Source of the DNA: Rhizomicrobium sp.
GTDB taxonomy: Bacteria; Pseudomonadota; Alphaproteobacteria; Micropepsales; Micropepsaceae
Assembly (NCBI GenBank): GCA_036271735.1
Contig: DATAZZ010000028.1
Span: 21,773-85,772, forward strand
Reading direction: 5' to 3'
DNA length: 64,000 nt
The notes below the pieces were generated by a model. It was given only the letters and a program-made list of their open reading frames with translations, had not been told where the DNA came from and ran no database searches. Position 1 is the stretch's first letter. Each line of letters starts with the position of its first letter. A program made the position numbers and the translations under genes. Shown here piece after piece: positions 38,484-47,729 of this stretch.

Positions 38484-39227
38484 TCAGAGAACGCTCAGCA
38501 TCCCCGCGACGAGCGGGTGCCGCACGATGTCGCTTTCGCCGAGGCGGACGACGCCGATGTCGGGGACGCGTTCGAGGCGGTCGGCGATGTCGCCGAGGCC
38601 GCTCATGCCCTTGAGCAGATCGGTCTGGTCGGGATCGCCGGTCAGCACCATGGTCGAGCGCCAGCCCAGACGCGTCAGCAGCATCTTGAGCTGGGTGTAG
38701 GTGCAGTTCTGCGCCTCGTCGATCACGACATAGCAATCGCTGAGCGTGCGGCCGCGCATATAGGCGACGGGCGCGATCTCGATGATGCCGTCGGCGACGA
38801 GCGCCTTCAGCCGCTTGGTGCCGAGGCGCTCGGTGAGGCAGTCGTAAAGCGGGCGCAGGTAGGGCGCGAGCTTCTCCTGCAGGTCGCCGGGGAGGAAGCC
38901 GAGGCTCTCGCCCGCTTCGACGGCGGGACGCGACAGCACGATGCGGCCGCAACGTCCGGCTTCGAGCGCTTCGACGGCTTTGGCGATGGCGAGGTAGGTT
39001 TTGCCGGTGCCGGCGGGGCCAAGCGCGAGCACGACGGAGCGTGCTTCGATGGCGTCCAGCAGGAGCTGCTGGGTCGGGCTCATCGCGCTTATGTTTTTTA
39101 CGTATTTGCGGTCGCGGGTGTCGTCGTCGCCGCCGCGCGGATTCCAGCCGCCGCGGGTTGGAAAGGGATGAACGTTTTCGGATTCCTGGTAGTCACGCGT
39201 CTTGTGACGCGCGGAACGCTTGGCCAT
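38484..39227 (-). CDS. phoH: PhoH family ATPase (short, no N-terminal KH region)
   Basis: GPAGTGKTYLA, RPAVEAGE.LGFLPG, YMRGRT and IDEAQN. Confidence 0.92.
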   Translation of the reverse strand: MAKRSARHKTRDYQESENVHPFPTRGGWNPRGGDDDTRDRKYVKNISAMSPTQQLLLDAIEARSVVLALGPAGTGKTYLAIAKAVEALEAGRCGRIVLSRPAVEAGESLGFLPGDLQEKLAPYLRPLYDCLTERLGTKRLKALVADGIIEIAPVAYMRGRTLSDCYVVIDEAQNCTYTQLKMLLTRLGWRSTMVLTGDPDQTDLLKGMSGLGDIADRLERVPDIGVVRLGESDIVRHPLVAGMLSVL

Positions 39228-39445
39228 GGAGACTCCCTGGTCAGGATCGGAACGCTGGGTGGGATGTGTCGGTCGGCGTGCGTGCGAGGGCGGACGGTCT
39301 GGCCCGGCATTTCGAGGATTTTCACAGTGCAATGACGCACCAAATCAGCCCCCGCTGTGTGTCGAATCACGCTCCGACAAGAAAAGCGTAACAGGCTTTG
39401 TGCGACTGCAATGTGAAAACTGTGGACGGAAGTGTACGTAAGCGC

Positions 39446-40366
39446 TCAACCCGCGCGCATATGCGATGCGACGGTGACGATGGCGTCGACGAGATCGATC
39501 AGGCGCGCCGCGTATTGTTCCGGGATCGCGAGCTTTGCATCGCCGCCGAGGAACGCGCTCTCCAGCGTGTCGAGTAGCGCGACCAAGCGCAGGTGATGGA
39601 TGCCGAGCGCGCTTTGCAGCGGATCGGTGACGATGCCGGCGAAGGCGGCAGCGGTTGCGCTGGCGGCGAGCACGGCGCCGGCAACGCTGAACGCGGCGAC
39701 GCCGCCGATCTTGGCGCCGAGCGCCTGCGCCAGCGCGGGGCCGAGGGTGAGGAAGCCGGGTGTCGCCTGGTGCAGGAAGACGCCGCCGGCCGCCATCGTG
39801 ACGCCGGCGCTGACGATCTCGCCCGCGGCGCCGCGCGCGTTGAGATAGATCGCGACCTGTTGCGCGAGGCGCGCATCCATCTGGAGGCGCTGCTTCTCGC
39901 CCCAGGGGCCGTTGAGGGCGCCAAGCGCGCCGTCGAGGCGGCGGTCGCCGAGGATCTCGATGGCGAGCGCGTCGTGGAACGACGGATCGCCGGGGCCGGT
40001 ATAAGGAAGTTCCAACAGGTCGACGACCAGGCGGCGCTCGATCTCTTTGGTCACCGTGGTGCGGAAGAAGAGTTCGCGGGCGCGCAAGGCGCGGGCGGTT
40101 TCCTTGCGGCCGGCCAGCTCCAGGAGGCCGGCGGCGGCGTTGAGGCCGAGCTGCGGCCCGGCCAGCGCGGCGTTGAGCGGGGCGCGCCACAGATCGTGGC
40201 CGAAAGCGTGGCGGTGGGTCTGCAGCGCGCCGGCGAAGGAGTAGGTGCGCTCGACGAAACCCGGGACGCGGCTGCGCCGCTTGCGGAAATAGCTGCGGAT
40301 CGAATCCTCGACGATGGTGTGCGCCAGCGCACTGTCGAGGGCGGGGAGGGTCGAAGCAGGGGCCAT
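39446..40366 (-). CDS. conserved hypothetical protein (DUF6635-like)
   Basis: RAPLN, FAGIVTDPLQSALGIH; host-like codon usage. Confidence 0.7.
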   Translation of the reverse strand: MAPASTLPALDSALAHTIVEDSIRSYFRKRRSRVPGFVERTYSFAGALQTHRHAFGHDLWRAPLNAALAGPQLGLNAAAGLLELAGRKETARALRARELFFRTTVTKEIERRLVVDLLELPYTGPGDPSFHDALAIEILGDRRLDGALGALNGPWGEKQRLQMDARLAQQVAIYLNARGAAGEIVSAGVTMAAGGVFLHQATPGFLTLGPALAQALGAKIGGVAAFSVAGAVLAASATAAAFAGIVTDPLQSALGIHHLRLVALLDTLESAFLGGDAKLAIPEQYAARLIDLVDAIVTVASHMRAG

Positions 40367-40447
40367 GGCGCCACTATGCCCGTGGCGGCTCGCCTTCGCA
40401 AAACGCGCCTGTCACAATGGCGCCGCAAATCTTTCTTCGAGACCGAC

Positions 40448-40978
40448 ATGCCGATCTATGCGCTGGACGACGCGACGCCGGACCTTCCGCCCGAGGGCGA
40501 TTACTGGGTGGCGCCGAACGCGGTGCTGATCGGCAAGGTGCGGCTGCGCAAAGGCGCGAGCATCTGGTGGGGTTGCGTGCTGCGCGGCGACAATGACTGG
40601 ATCACGATCGGCGAGAACTCGAACATCCAGGACAATTCGGTGATCCATGTCGATCCGGGGCAGCCGGTGACGGTGGGCGCGAACTGCACGGTCGGGCATC
40701 GCGTGATCTTGCACTCGACCACGGTCGATGACGGCTCGCTGATCGGGATGGGCTCGACGCTGCTCAACCGCAGCCGGATCGGGAAGAACTCATTGGTCGG
40801 TGCCAACTCGCTGGTGACCGAGGGCAAGCAATTCGACGACGGCGTGATGGTGCTGGGTGCGCCGGCGCGCGTGGCGCGCAAGCTGAACGACATGGAGCTG
40901 GCGGGGTTGAAGATGTCGGCGGCGGGGTATGTGCACAACCATCAGAGGTTTGCGAAGGGACTGCGCGCGGTCGGTTGA
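40448..40978 (+). CDS. gamma carbonic anhydrase family protein
   Basis: LRGDN, NIQDNSVIH and TVGHRVILH hexapeptide repeats. Confidence 0.92.
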   Translation: MPIYALDDATPDLPPEGDYWVAPNAVLIGKVRLRKGASIWWGCVLRGDNDWITIGENSNIQDNSVIHVDPGQPVTVGANCTVGHRVILHSTTVDDGSLIGMGSTLLNRSRIGKNSLVGANSLVTEGKQFDDGVMVLGAPARVARKLNDMELAGLKMSAAGYVHNHQRFAKGLRAVG

Positions 40979-40990
40979 GCGGCGTTTGTT

Positions 40991-41059
40991 GCCATCCTTC
41001 GACAAGCTCAGGATGAGGTCTTAGCTTCAATCCTCATCCTGAGCTTGTCGAAGGATGGC
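40991..41059. repeat. REP-like perfect 28-bp inverted repeat
   Basis: gccatccttcgacaagctcaggatgagg, 13-nt loop, cctcatcctgagcttgtcgaaggatggc; between convergent genes. Confidence 0.85.
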
Positions 41060-41077
41060 CGCGCATGCGGTGCTTGA

Positions 41078-41680
41078 TCAGCCCGCCTTCGCGATCGGCT
41101 CGTGCTGGGCGGTCCAGACGCGGCGGATGCGGGTGTCGGATTCGGGGCCGAAGTTGAACCACGCGGCCTTGTTGTGCGTCGCATCGACGATGAACAGCAT
41201 GTCCATCTTGCCGAGCTTCTGCACCAGCGAGTTGCGGATGGTGTTGATCGGCTGGTCGCTGGTCAGCAGCCAGGCCTGCGGCATCAGGGGATAGGCGGGG
41301 CCGAAATTGAGGATCTCTTCCTCGAGGCCGGAGATCGAACGCGACTTCATGTCGGCGATGACGACGAAACGCCCGCGCTCGCCGGTGCGCGGCTCGTCAT
41401 TGCTACGGCCGAAGGTCGGCGAGATGATGTCTTCCTCGGTCTCGACGCCGCCGGCGGTGACGAACTTGCCGGTGGCGGAGGGCGTCGGGCCGGGCGCCGG
41501 CGCGAAGAATTTGAGCAGCACGGGGAAGGTGCCGGCGGCCTTGAACTGGTTCTCGCCCGTCGGTGCGACGAGCGAATGCGCCGCGAGGCGGCCTTCGGCG
41601 ACGAAGGCCTGCATCTGCTGCAGCGAGTAGGGGCCGTAGGTTTGGCCCGAGACGTTGATGGTCCAGCTGGTGTCCGACAT
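41078..41680 (-). CDS. GYF_2 (DUF4339) domain protein with C-terminal ferredoxin-like domain
   Basis: W...GQTYGPYSLQQM...GRL N-terminus and a Pro-rich linker. Confidence 0.8.
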   Translation of the reverse strand: MSDTSWTINVSGQTYGPYSLQQMQAFVAEGRLAAHSLVAPTGENQFKAAGTFPVLLKFFAPAPGPTPSATGKFVTAGGVETEEDIISPTFGRSNDEPRTGERGRFVVIADMKSRSISGLEEEILNFGPAYPLMPQAWLLTSDQPINTIRNSLVQKLGKMDMLFIVDATHNKAAWFNFGPESDTRIRRVWTAQHEPIAKAG

Positions 41681-41791
41681 GTCCGAGAAGCTTCCGTGGC
41701 TGCGGCCAAACTAGGATTAAAAGGTTACCCAAGCCTTGCCGGATCGCGGTGCGCACGGGACAATCGCGCGGAAAAACGAGGGAAATGCGCC

Positions 41792-42580
41792 ATGGCGGAT
41801 TACGAATTCTGCAAAGTCGAGCGGGAGGGGCGGCTGACCATCGTCACCTTGAACCGGCCCGAGGTGATGAACGCTCTGCATGCACCGGCACATTTGGAGC
41901 TGGCGCAGGTGTTCGACGACTTCGCCGCCGACCCGGAGCAATGGGTCGCGATCGTGACCGGCGCGGGCGAGCGGGCGTTCTCGGCGGGCAACGATCTGAA
42001 GGTGACCGCCGCGGGCGGCGTGCGCGGGCCGACGCATCCGAGCGGCTTTGCCGGCCTGGTGTCGCGGTTCGATCTGGAGAAGCCGCTGATCGCGGCGGTC
42101 AACGGCATCGCGATGGGTGGCGGGTTCGAGATCGCGCTGGCATGCGACATTATCCTCGCGTCGGAAGGCGCGGTGTTCGCACTGCCGGAGCCGCGCGTGG
42201 GGTTGGCGGCGCTGGCGGGTGGGCTGCACCGCCTGCCGCGTGAGATCGGGGCCAAGCGGGCGCTCGGCATGATCCTCACGGCGCGGCGTGTCAGCGCGGC
42301 GGAAGGCAAAGAGCTGGGCTTCGTCAACGAGGTCGTGCCGGCGGCGCAGCTGATGACGCGGGCACGCGAACTGGCCAAGCAGATCATGGAGCTGTCGCCG
42401 ATGTCGGTGCGCGCCTCCAAGCAGGCGGTGTATCGCGGTCTCGACGAGGCCTCGGTCGCCGAGGCGCTGAAGAACCAGAACAACTATCCCGCCATCGCCG
42501 CGATGTATCGCAGCGAGGATCTGCGCGAAGGGCCCAAGGCGTTTGCCGAGAAGCGCGCGCCGCAGTGGAAGGGCAAGTGA
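41792..42580 (+). CDS. enoyl-CoA hydratase/carnithine racemase family
   Basis: LNRPEVMNAL, AFSAGNDL, GGGFEIALACD and LPEPRVGL. Confidence 0.93.
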   Translation: MADYEFCKVEREGRLTIVTLNRPEVMNALHAPAHLELAQVFDDFAADPEQWVAIVTGAGERAFSAGNDLKVTAAGGVRGPTHPSGFAGLVSRFDLEKPLIAAVNGIAMGGGFEIALACDIILASEGAVFALPEPRVGLAALAGGLHRLPREIGAKRALGMILTARRVSAAEGKELGFVNEVVPAAQLMTRARELAKQIMELSPMSVRASKQAVYRGLDEASVAEALKNQNNYPAIAAMYRSEDLREGPKAFAEKRAPQWKGK

Positions 42581-42588
42581 AGGAATTC

Positions 42589-42613
42589 GCTTGAGCCGGC
42601 CCTTGGGGCATAG
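42589..42613 (+). promoter_or_regulatory. putative MerR operator/promoter (copy 1)
   Basis: gcTTGAGCcggcccttggggcatag; 21/25 identical to the copy at 43432. Confidence 0.65.
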
Positions 42614-42639
42614 GCTGGACTGGCTGTGAAGGAGCCACG

Positions 42640-43422
42640 ATGCCGGCCAAGCCAGGAGACAATTCGGCGGCGGTCGCCGCGCAATTCGGCATCTCGCTGA
42701 AGGCGCTGCGGCTCTACGAGCAGCTCGGCATGCTGAAGGCGCCGCGCACCGCGGCGGGCTGGCGCGTGTTCGGGGCGGCAGAGACCGAGCGGCTGCATGC
42801 GATCCTGTCGCTCAAGCAACTCGGCCTGCCGCTGGCGCGGATCGCCGAATTGCTGCGGAGCGGGAAATCGGACATCGATGTGCTGCTGTCGGTGCAGGAG
42901 ACGATGCTGCTGCAAAGCCGTGCCGAAACCGATCACGCGCTTAAGCTGATCGCCATTGCGCGAGAGCGGGTCAAGGGCAAAGAGGTCCTCGGCGGCGAAG
43001 AACTCGCCGCGCTGGTGCGCCGGATCTCGGTGACGGTGGTGCGCTGGACGCCGGAGCTCGACGAGCTCGCCGAAAAAGTGTTCACACCCGAACAGCGCGC
43101 GCAGATGCGGCGCCTGGAGCTAGACCCCGCCGCCGCCGCGCAGATGAGCGAAGCGTGGGAAGCCATCATGGCGGACATCGATCGTATCGTGCCGCGCGGC
43201 GATCCCGAGTGCGAGGACGCGCTGACGCTCGGGCGGCAGATGGTGACGCTGTTCCGCGACAAATCCGGCGACAAGGACACCTGGAACGCGCATGCCCGGT
43301 TCTGGCAGGAGGCGGCGCGCGATCCCACGACCGCCGATCAATTGCAGGCCGGGAGCGCACGCTATGCGTTTGTCGCGCAGGTGCTGACAGCGCTCGGGCG
43401 GCGCGGCGAGATCGAATTCTAG
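42640..43422 (+). CDS. MerR family regulator with TipAS-like C-terminus
   Basis: GISLKALRLYEQLGML..PRTAAGWRVF, LKQLGLPLARI and GDPE..A..L. Confidence 0.9.
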   Translation: MPAKPGDNSAAVAAQFGISLKALRLYEQLGMLKAPRTAAGWRVFGAAETERLHAILSLKQLGLPLARIAELLRSGKSDIDVLLSVQETMLLQSRAETDHALKLIAIARERVKGKEVLGGEELAALVRRISVTVVRWTPELDELAEKVFTPEQRAQMRRLELDPAAAAQMSEAWEAIMADIDRIVPRGDPECEDALTLGRQMVTLFRDKSGDKDTWNAHARFWQEAARDPTTADQLQAGSARYAFVAQVLTALGRRGEIEF

Positions 43423-43431
43423 AAACAATCC

Positions 43432-43456
43432 GCTTGCACCGGCCCTAGGGGCTTAG
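43432..43456 (+). promoter_or_regulatory. putative MerR operator/promoter (copy 2)
   Basis: gcTTGCACcggccctaggggcttag; dyad centred on CCCTAGGG right after a TTG -35 element. Confidence 0.65.
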
Positions 43457-43490
43457 CGCCGAATGCCTTCGCAACATGAGGGCAGGTCAC

Positions 43491-44252
43491 ATGAGCGACG
43501 CAGCGATACGCCGGCGGACAATCGGACCCTGGACAGCATTGGCGGCATTCGTCGTGATGTGGATCGCGATGGCGGCGCTCGGGCCGTTTTTTCGGTCGGC
43601 GCTCGCACCGTTCGTTCACATCGCGACGCCGCGCGATATCGTCGGGTTTCGTATCGTGACGGGATTGCCGTTCAGCTGGATCGCGCTTGGTGGCACGATT
43701 GCGATCCTGCGGTTGTGCGGTCAGGGGCTCGCCGACATCGGCTGGCGCCGGCCATCGACGGTCTGGAGTTGGCTCGCGGCGTTCGCAGTAGCCGCCTTTC
43801 TGATCTTCAGCAGCTTTCGCCGTGCCGGGTGTCAGGGCCTGTGCTTCATCGATCCGCATGTCTGGCTGACGGACTGGTCGCCGTTTCGCCTGGCGTCATC
43901 GATTGCCATCGGCATCACCGCCGGGATCTGCGAAGAGATGTGCTTTCGCGGCTTTGTGATGACTGAGGCGCGCGATGGCGGAGCGCCCGCCGCGGTGCAG
44001 GTGCTGCTGGCGGGCTTGACCTTCGGCATCGCGCACATGGCACTCGCCGGAATATCAGGGCATTTCGACGTCGCGGCGGCGATCGGGATCGTCGGCTCGA
44101 CGACGGTGTTCGGATTGTTGTTCGGCGTCGCCTATCTGCTGGGGCGGCGCAGCCTGACGCCGCTGATCCTGGCGCATGGTGTCTTTGCGTTCACGACCGA
44201 GCCCTGGACGCTGCTCTGGGGCCTCGCCAAGACGATGCAGGCAGCACATTAA
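43491..44252 (+). CDS. CPBP (CAAX/Abi) intramembrane metalloprotease
   Basis: EEMCFRG, FGIAH and SLTPLILAH motifs. Confidence 0.9.
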   Translation: MSDAAIRRRTIGPWTALAAFVVMWIAMAALGPFFRSALAPFVHIATPRDIVGFRIVTGLPFSWIALGGTIAILRLCGQGLADIGWRRPSTVWSWLAAFAVAAFLIFSSFRRAGCQGLCFIDPHVWLTDWSPFRLASSIAIGITAGICEEMCFRGFVMTEARDGGAPAAVQVLLAGLTFGIAHMALAGISGHFDVAAAIGIVGSTTVFGLLFGVAYLLGRRSLTPLILAHGVFAFTTEPWTLLWGLAKTMQAAH

Positions 44253-44254
44253 AG

Positions 44255-44288
44255 CAAAACCCCGCGCCGGCGACGGCGCGGGGTTCGC
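44255..44288. terminator. hairpin between convergent genes
   Basis: aaccccgcgccg-gcga-cggcgcggggtt. Confidence 0.7.
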
Positions 44289-44313
44289 TGTGAGAACCCT
44301 TGGAACGCAGGGC

Positions 44314-44784
44314 TTAGGACTCTTCGATTTCCCACTCGCCATGGCGGAAGCAAGCGGTGCCGTCGCGGTCATATTCGTGGCCGTGACGATAGACGACTTC
44401 GGTGAAGTCGCGGCAGGTATGATGGTCGCGGCGATATTCGCGGTTGGTCACGATGTAGCCGTGGCCGCGGCCTTCCCATTCATAGCGCTCGCCGACATCG
44501 CCGTAGAACGCGTCGTGATAGGCGTGTGCGGCACGGTCGCGGTCCTCGCAATCGATGTCGCGGCTGATCGCGTTGCCGGCGAGACCGCCGACGATCGCGC
44601 CGCCGACGACAGCACCGGCATTGCCGTGGCTCGCCGCGCTGCCGATCGCACCGCCGAGAATCGCGCCGAGCACCGTGCCGCCGGCATGGCCATGGCCGCT
44701 GCAATCGTCAGCGAATGCGCCGCTCGTGCCGGCGCACATCGCAAGCATCGCCGCGCCCGCGAGCAATCCCATCTTCTTAATCAT
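44314..44784 (-). CDS. glycine-zipper / 17-kDa surface antigen-like exported protein
   Basis: Signal peptide, GTVLGAILGGAIG..GAVVGGAIVGGLAGN and CRDF...GTAC..GEW. Confidence 0.85.
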   Translation of the reverse strand: MIKKMGLLAGAAMLAMCAGTSGAFADDCSGHGHAGGTVLGAILGGAIGSAASHGNAGAVVGGAIVGGLAGNAISRDIDCEDRDRAAHAYHDAFYGDVGERYEWEGRGHGYIVTNREYRRDHHTCRDFTEVVYRHGHEYDRDGTACFRHGEWEIEES

Positions 44785-44984
44785 TACGCTCTCCTTTGAA
44801 AGCGGCCCTGGCCCCCAAACGGGCTAAAGTCCGCAAGTGTCGAAATGCAATTTGCCGTTGCCGGCATGAACCGTGCCTGAACAGAATAGGGCAGAATCGG
44901 CGCACACTCGACAGGTGGAAAAACTTTCCACGCCGTGTTTTGTTCCGTTTCGGTTCGAAACCAGCGGTTTCATGGGGGCTTGGC

Positions 44985-47672
44985 GTGAACGCAGTGCAGC
45001 ATGTCTCGCGTGTGGCGGCGCTTGTGGTCCTTGGGGTCACACTGTGTCTTACGGGCTGCAGCAAAACATCGACCAAAGCGGCGCCGGCGAAGCCGGGGAT
45101 TTCGCTCGGCGGCGAATCGATCCCGCTGGGGATGCTGCCGCGGGTTGCGATTCCGGCGCGCTATCGTGTGGCGCTGCGGATCGATCCGCGTGCGGAGCGG
45201 TTCAGCGGGCATGTCGAGATCGACGTGAATTTCCTGAAAGCGCGGCGCTCGCTGTTCCTGCACGGACTCGATCTCAACGTCTCGGGCGTGACGGTGCGGT
45301 TGAAATCGGGCCAGAGCTTCGCGGCGCATTACGATCAGGTCGATCGGTCCGGCGTGGCGCGGCTGATCTTCGTCGATGAAGTGCCGGTGGGCGAAGCGAC
45401 GCTGATCTTCGACTACGACGCGCCTTACGATCATTCGCTGGAGGGTCTCTACAAGGTCGTCGATCGCGGCGACGCCTATGCTTTCACGCAGTTCGAGTCG
45501 ACCGATGCGCGACGCGCGTTTCCTTCGTTCGACGAGCCGGGGTTCAAGACGCCGTTCGACATCACGGTAATCGCGCCCAAAGGGATGACGGTGATCGGCA
45601 ACACGCCGACGGTATCGGCATCGCCGGCATCGAAGGGCATGACCGAGACGGTGTTCGCGACGACCAAGGCGCTGCCGACCTATCTCGTTGCGCTGGCGGT
45701 CGGGCCGCTCGACGTGGTCGATGGCGGCTGGGTGCCGGCGAACAAGTATCGCGCCAAGCCGCTGCATATCCGCGGCGTCACCGCGCGCGGCAATGGTCCG
45801 CGCATCGCCTATGCGCTGTCGCTCACGCCCAAGATCGTCACCGCGCTGGAGAATTATTTCGGCATCGGCTTTCCGTTCCAGAAGCTCGATGTGCTGGCGG
45901 TGCCGGATTTCGCGGCGGGCGCGATGGAGAATGCCGGCGCGATCACGTTTCGGGAACGGCTTCTGCTTATCGATCCCGGCGCGCCGCTGGACCAGAAGCG
46001 CGGCAGCTTGAGCGTGCAGGCGCATGAGCTGGCGCACCAATGGTTCGGCGATCTCGTCACGCCGGCGTGGTGGGACGATATCTGGCTCAATGAGAGCTTC
46101 GCGACATGGATGGCGGCCAAGGCGTCGGCCACGGTGCAGCCGGAGATGGGGTTCGAGACGGACACGTTGCGCGACGGTCTCGATGTCATGGATTTGGACG
46201 AACTACCCTCGGCGCGGCAGATCCACCAGCCGATCCACAATGTCGACGACCTCGCCAACGCGTTCGACAGCATCACCTATGACAAGGGCGCCGCGGTGCT
46301 GCGGATGTTCGAGGCTTATGCGGGACCGGAAGGCTGGCAGCGCGGCATTCATGCCTATCTGACGAAATTCGCGCGCGGCAATGCGACGGCGCACGATTTC
46401 ATCGGCACCATCGCGGGTGAGACCGGGCATCCGGAGATGATCGCGGCATTCGACGATTTCATCGATCGCTCCGGCGTGCCCTATCTGGCGCTGAAGACGA
46501 TCTGCGCGCCGCAGGCGTTCAGCGTGGTGCAGAGCATGTACACGCCGCTCGCGTTTACGCCGGTGCAGCGCCTCTGGCATGTGCCGGTGTGCAGTGCGCC
46601 GGGTGTCTGCAAGATGGGCGAGGGGGCGCAATTCTCGGTGCCGTTCAGCGGGCTGTGCGCGGAGGCGCCTCTGCCGAACGATGGCGGCACGGGCTATTAC
46701 CGCTTCGCGCTCGGCGAGAGCGAATGGCAGCGCCAGATTGCGGGCGCGGCCAAGCTCGATCCGGTGGGGCAGATCACACTGGCGGCCAATCTGTTTGCGG
46801 CGCTGCCTGCCGGCAAGGCGCAGGCGGCGGATGTCTTTGCGCTGGTCCATGCCCTGGCGCCGGTGGCGCGCTGGGACGTGCTGCAGATTCTGAGCAAGCG
46901 GCTGGCGGCGTTGCGACGCGGCCTCGCCGACAGCGATCTGCCGGCCTATCGCGCTTTCATCAGCCGCAATTTCGGGCCGCGCTTGAAGGCGCTCGGCATC
47001 GTGGCCAAGTCGAACGAGGCGCCCTCCGATGCGTTGGCGCGGGAATACCTGGCGACGCTGATGGTGACCGAGGCGCGCGATGCGGCGACGCTCGCCGAGA
47101 TGGCGGCTGCGGCGCAGGCGTCTTTCGTGCCGGGCGCCGATCCGGCGAAGTCCTTCGCGCCCGAACTGCGCGGCGAGGCGTTGCGCGCGGCGCTGATCGC
47201 CGATCCGGCATTCGCCGATACGCTGATCCAGACGTTCGAGACGACCAACCAGGAATTCTACCGCCGCGACATCGTCTATGCCTTCGCCGGCAGCACCGAT
47301 CCGGCGGCGCTCGGCAAGCTGCTCGCGCTCGCGGCGACGAAGATCCGCATCGGAGAGCTGCGCTATCTCACCCAGTACATGGCGGAGGAGCCGGTGGCGA
47401 GCGACGTGCTGTGGAGATATGTCGGCACGCACTATGATGACTTTGCTAGGCGGCTCAGCCTGCGCGGCATGGGCGGCATGGCGACCGTGCTGCAATACGC
47501 TTGCGAGCCCGGCGCGCGCGGCCAGGCGGACGATTTCTTCCACACGCGATTGGGTGGGGCGCTCGGCGCCGGGCGGCGCGTCGCGCATACCGAGGAAGGC
47601 ATCGATCGCTGCATTGCGTTCCGCAAGGCGAAGGGGTCCGAGATCACCACGGCGCTGGCGACGGCGCCCTGA
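44985..47672 (+). CDS. M1 family aminopeptidase (ERAP-like C-terminus), probable lipoprotein
   Basis: TQFE..ARRAFPSFDEP, GAMEN, HELAHQW-X-E, YDKG and LTGC lipobox. Start approximate. Confidence 0.93.
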   Translation: MNAVQHVSRVAALVVLGVTLCLTGCSKTSTKAAPAKPGISLGGESIPLGMLPRVAIPARYRVALRIDPRAERFSGHVEIDVNFLKARRSLFLHGLDLNVSGVTVRLKSGQSFAAHYDQVDRSGVARLIFVDEVPVGEATLIFDYDAPYDHSLEGLYKVVDRGDAYAFTQFESTDARRAFPSFDEPGFKTPFDITVIAPKGMTVIGNTPTVSASPASKGMTETVFATTKALPTYLVALAVGPLDVVDGGWVPANKYRAKPLHIRGVTARGNGPRIAYALSLTPKIVTALENYFGIGFPFQKLDVLAVPDFAAGAMENAGAITFRERLLLIDPGAPLDQKRGSLSVQAHELAHQWFGDLVTPAWWDDIWLNESFATWMAAKASATVQPEMGFETDTLRDGLDVMDLDELPSARQIHQPIHNVDDLANAFDSITYDKGAAVLRMFEAYAGPEGWQRGIHAYLTKFARGNATAHDFIGTIAGETGHPEMIAAFDDFIDRSGVPYLALKTICAPQAFSVVQSMYTPLAFTPVQRLWHVPVCSAPGVCKMGEGAQFSVPFSGLCAEAPLPNDGGTGYYRFALGESEWQRQIAGAAKLDPVGQITLAANLFAALPAGKAQAADVFALVHALAPVARWDVLQILSKRLAALRRGLADSDLPAYRAFISRNFGPRLKALGIVAKSNEAPSDALAREYLATLMVTEARDAATLAEMAAAAQASFVPGADPAKSFAPELRGEALRAALIADPAFADTLIQTFETTNQEFYRRDIVYAFAGSTDPAALGKLLALAATKIRIGELRYLTQYMAEEPVASDVLWRYVGTHYDDFARRLSLRGMGGMATVLQYACEPGARGQADDFFHTRLGGALGAGRRVAHTEEGIDRCIAFRKAKGSEITTALATAP

Positions 47673-47679
47673 ACGCGCC

Positions 47680-47711
47680 GATGCCCCGGCGCCTTTGCGC
47701 ACCGAGGCATC
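47680..47711. terminator. hairpin between convergent genes
   Basis: gatgccccgg...ccgaggcatc imperfect stem. Confidence 0.45.
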
Positions 47712-47729
47712 GCATGCGGCTCGTTACGC

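Noticed and set aside
39593-40447. N-terminal extension on the gamma carbonic anhydrase
   Set aside because: Antisense to the 39446-40366 gene; the real start is at 40448.
40991-41680. CRISPR repeat next to a Cas2-like domain
   Set aside because: The repeat is one inverted pair, not direct repeats with spacers, and there are no cas genes.
41710-41732. CtrA box upstream of the GYF_2 gene (ttaaaaggttac)
   Set aside because: The spacing does not fit TTAA-N7-TTAA; a half-site at most.
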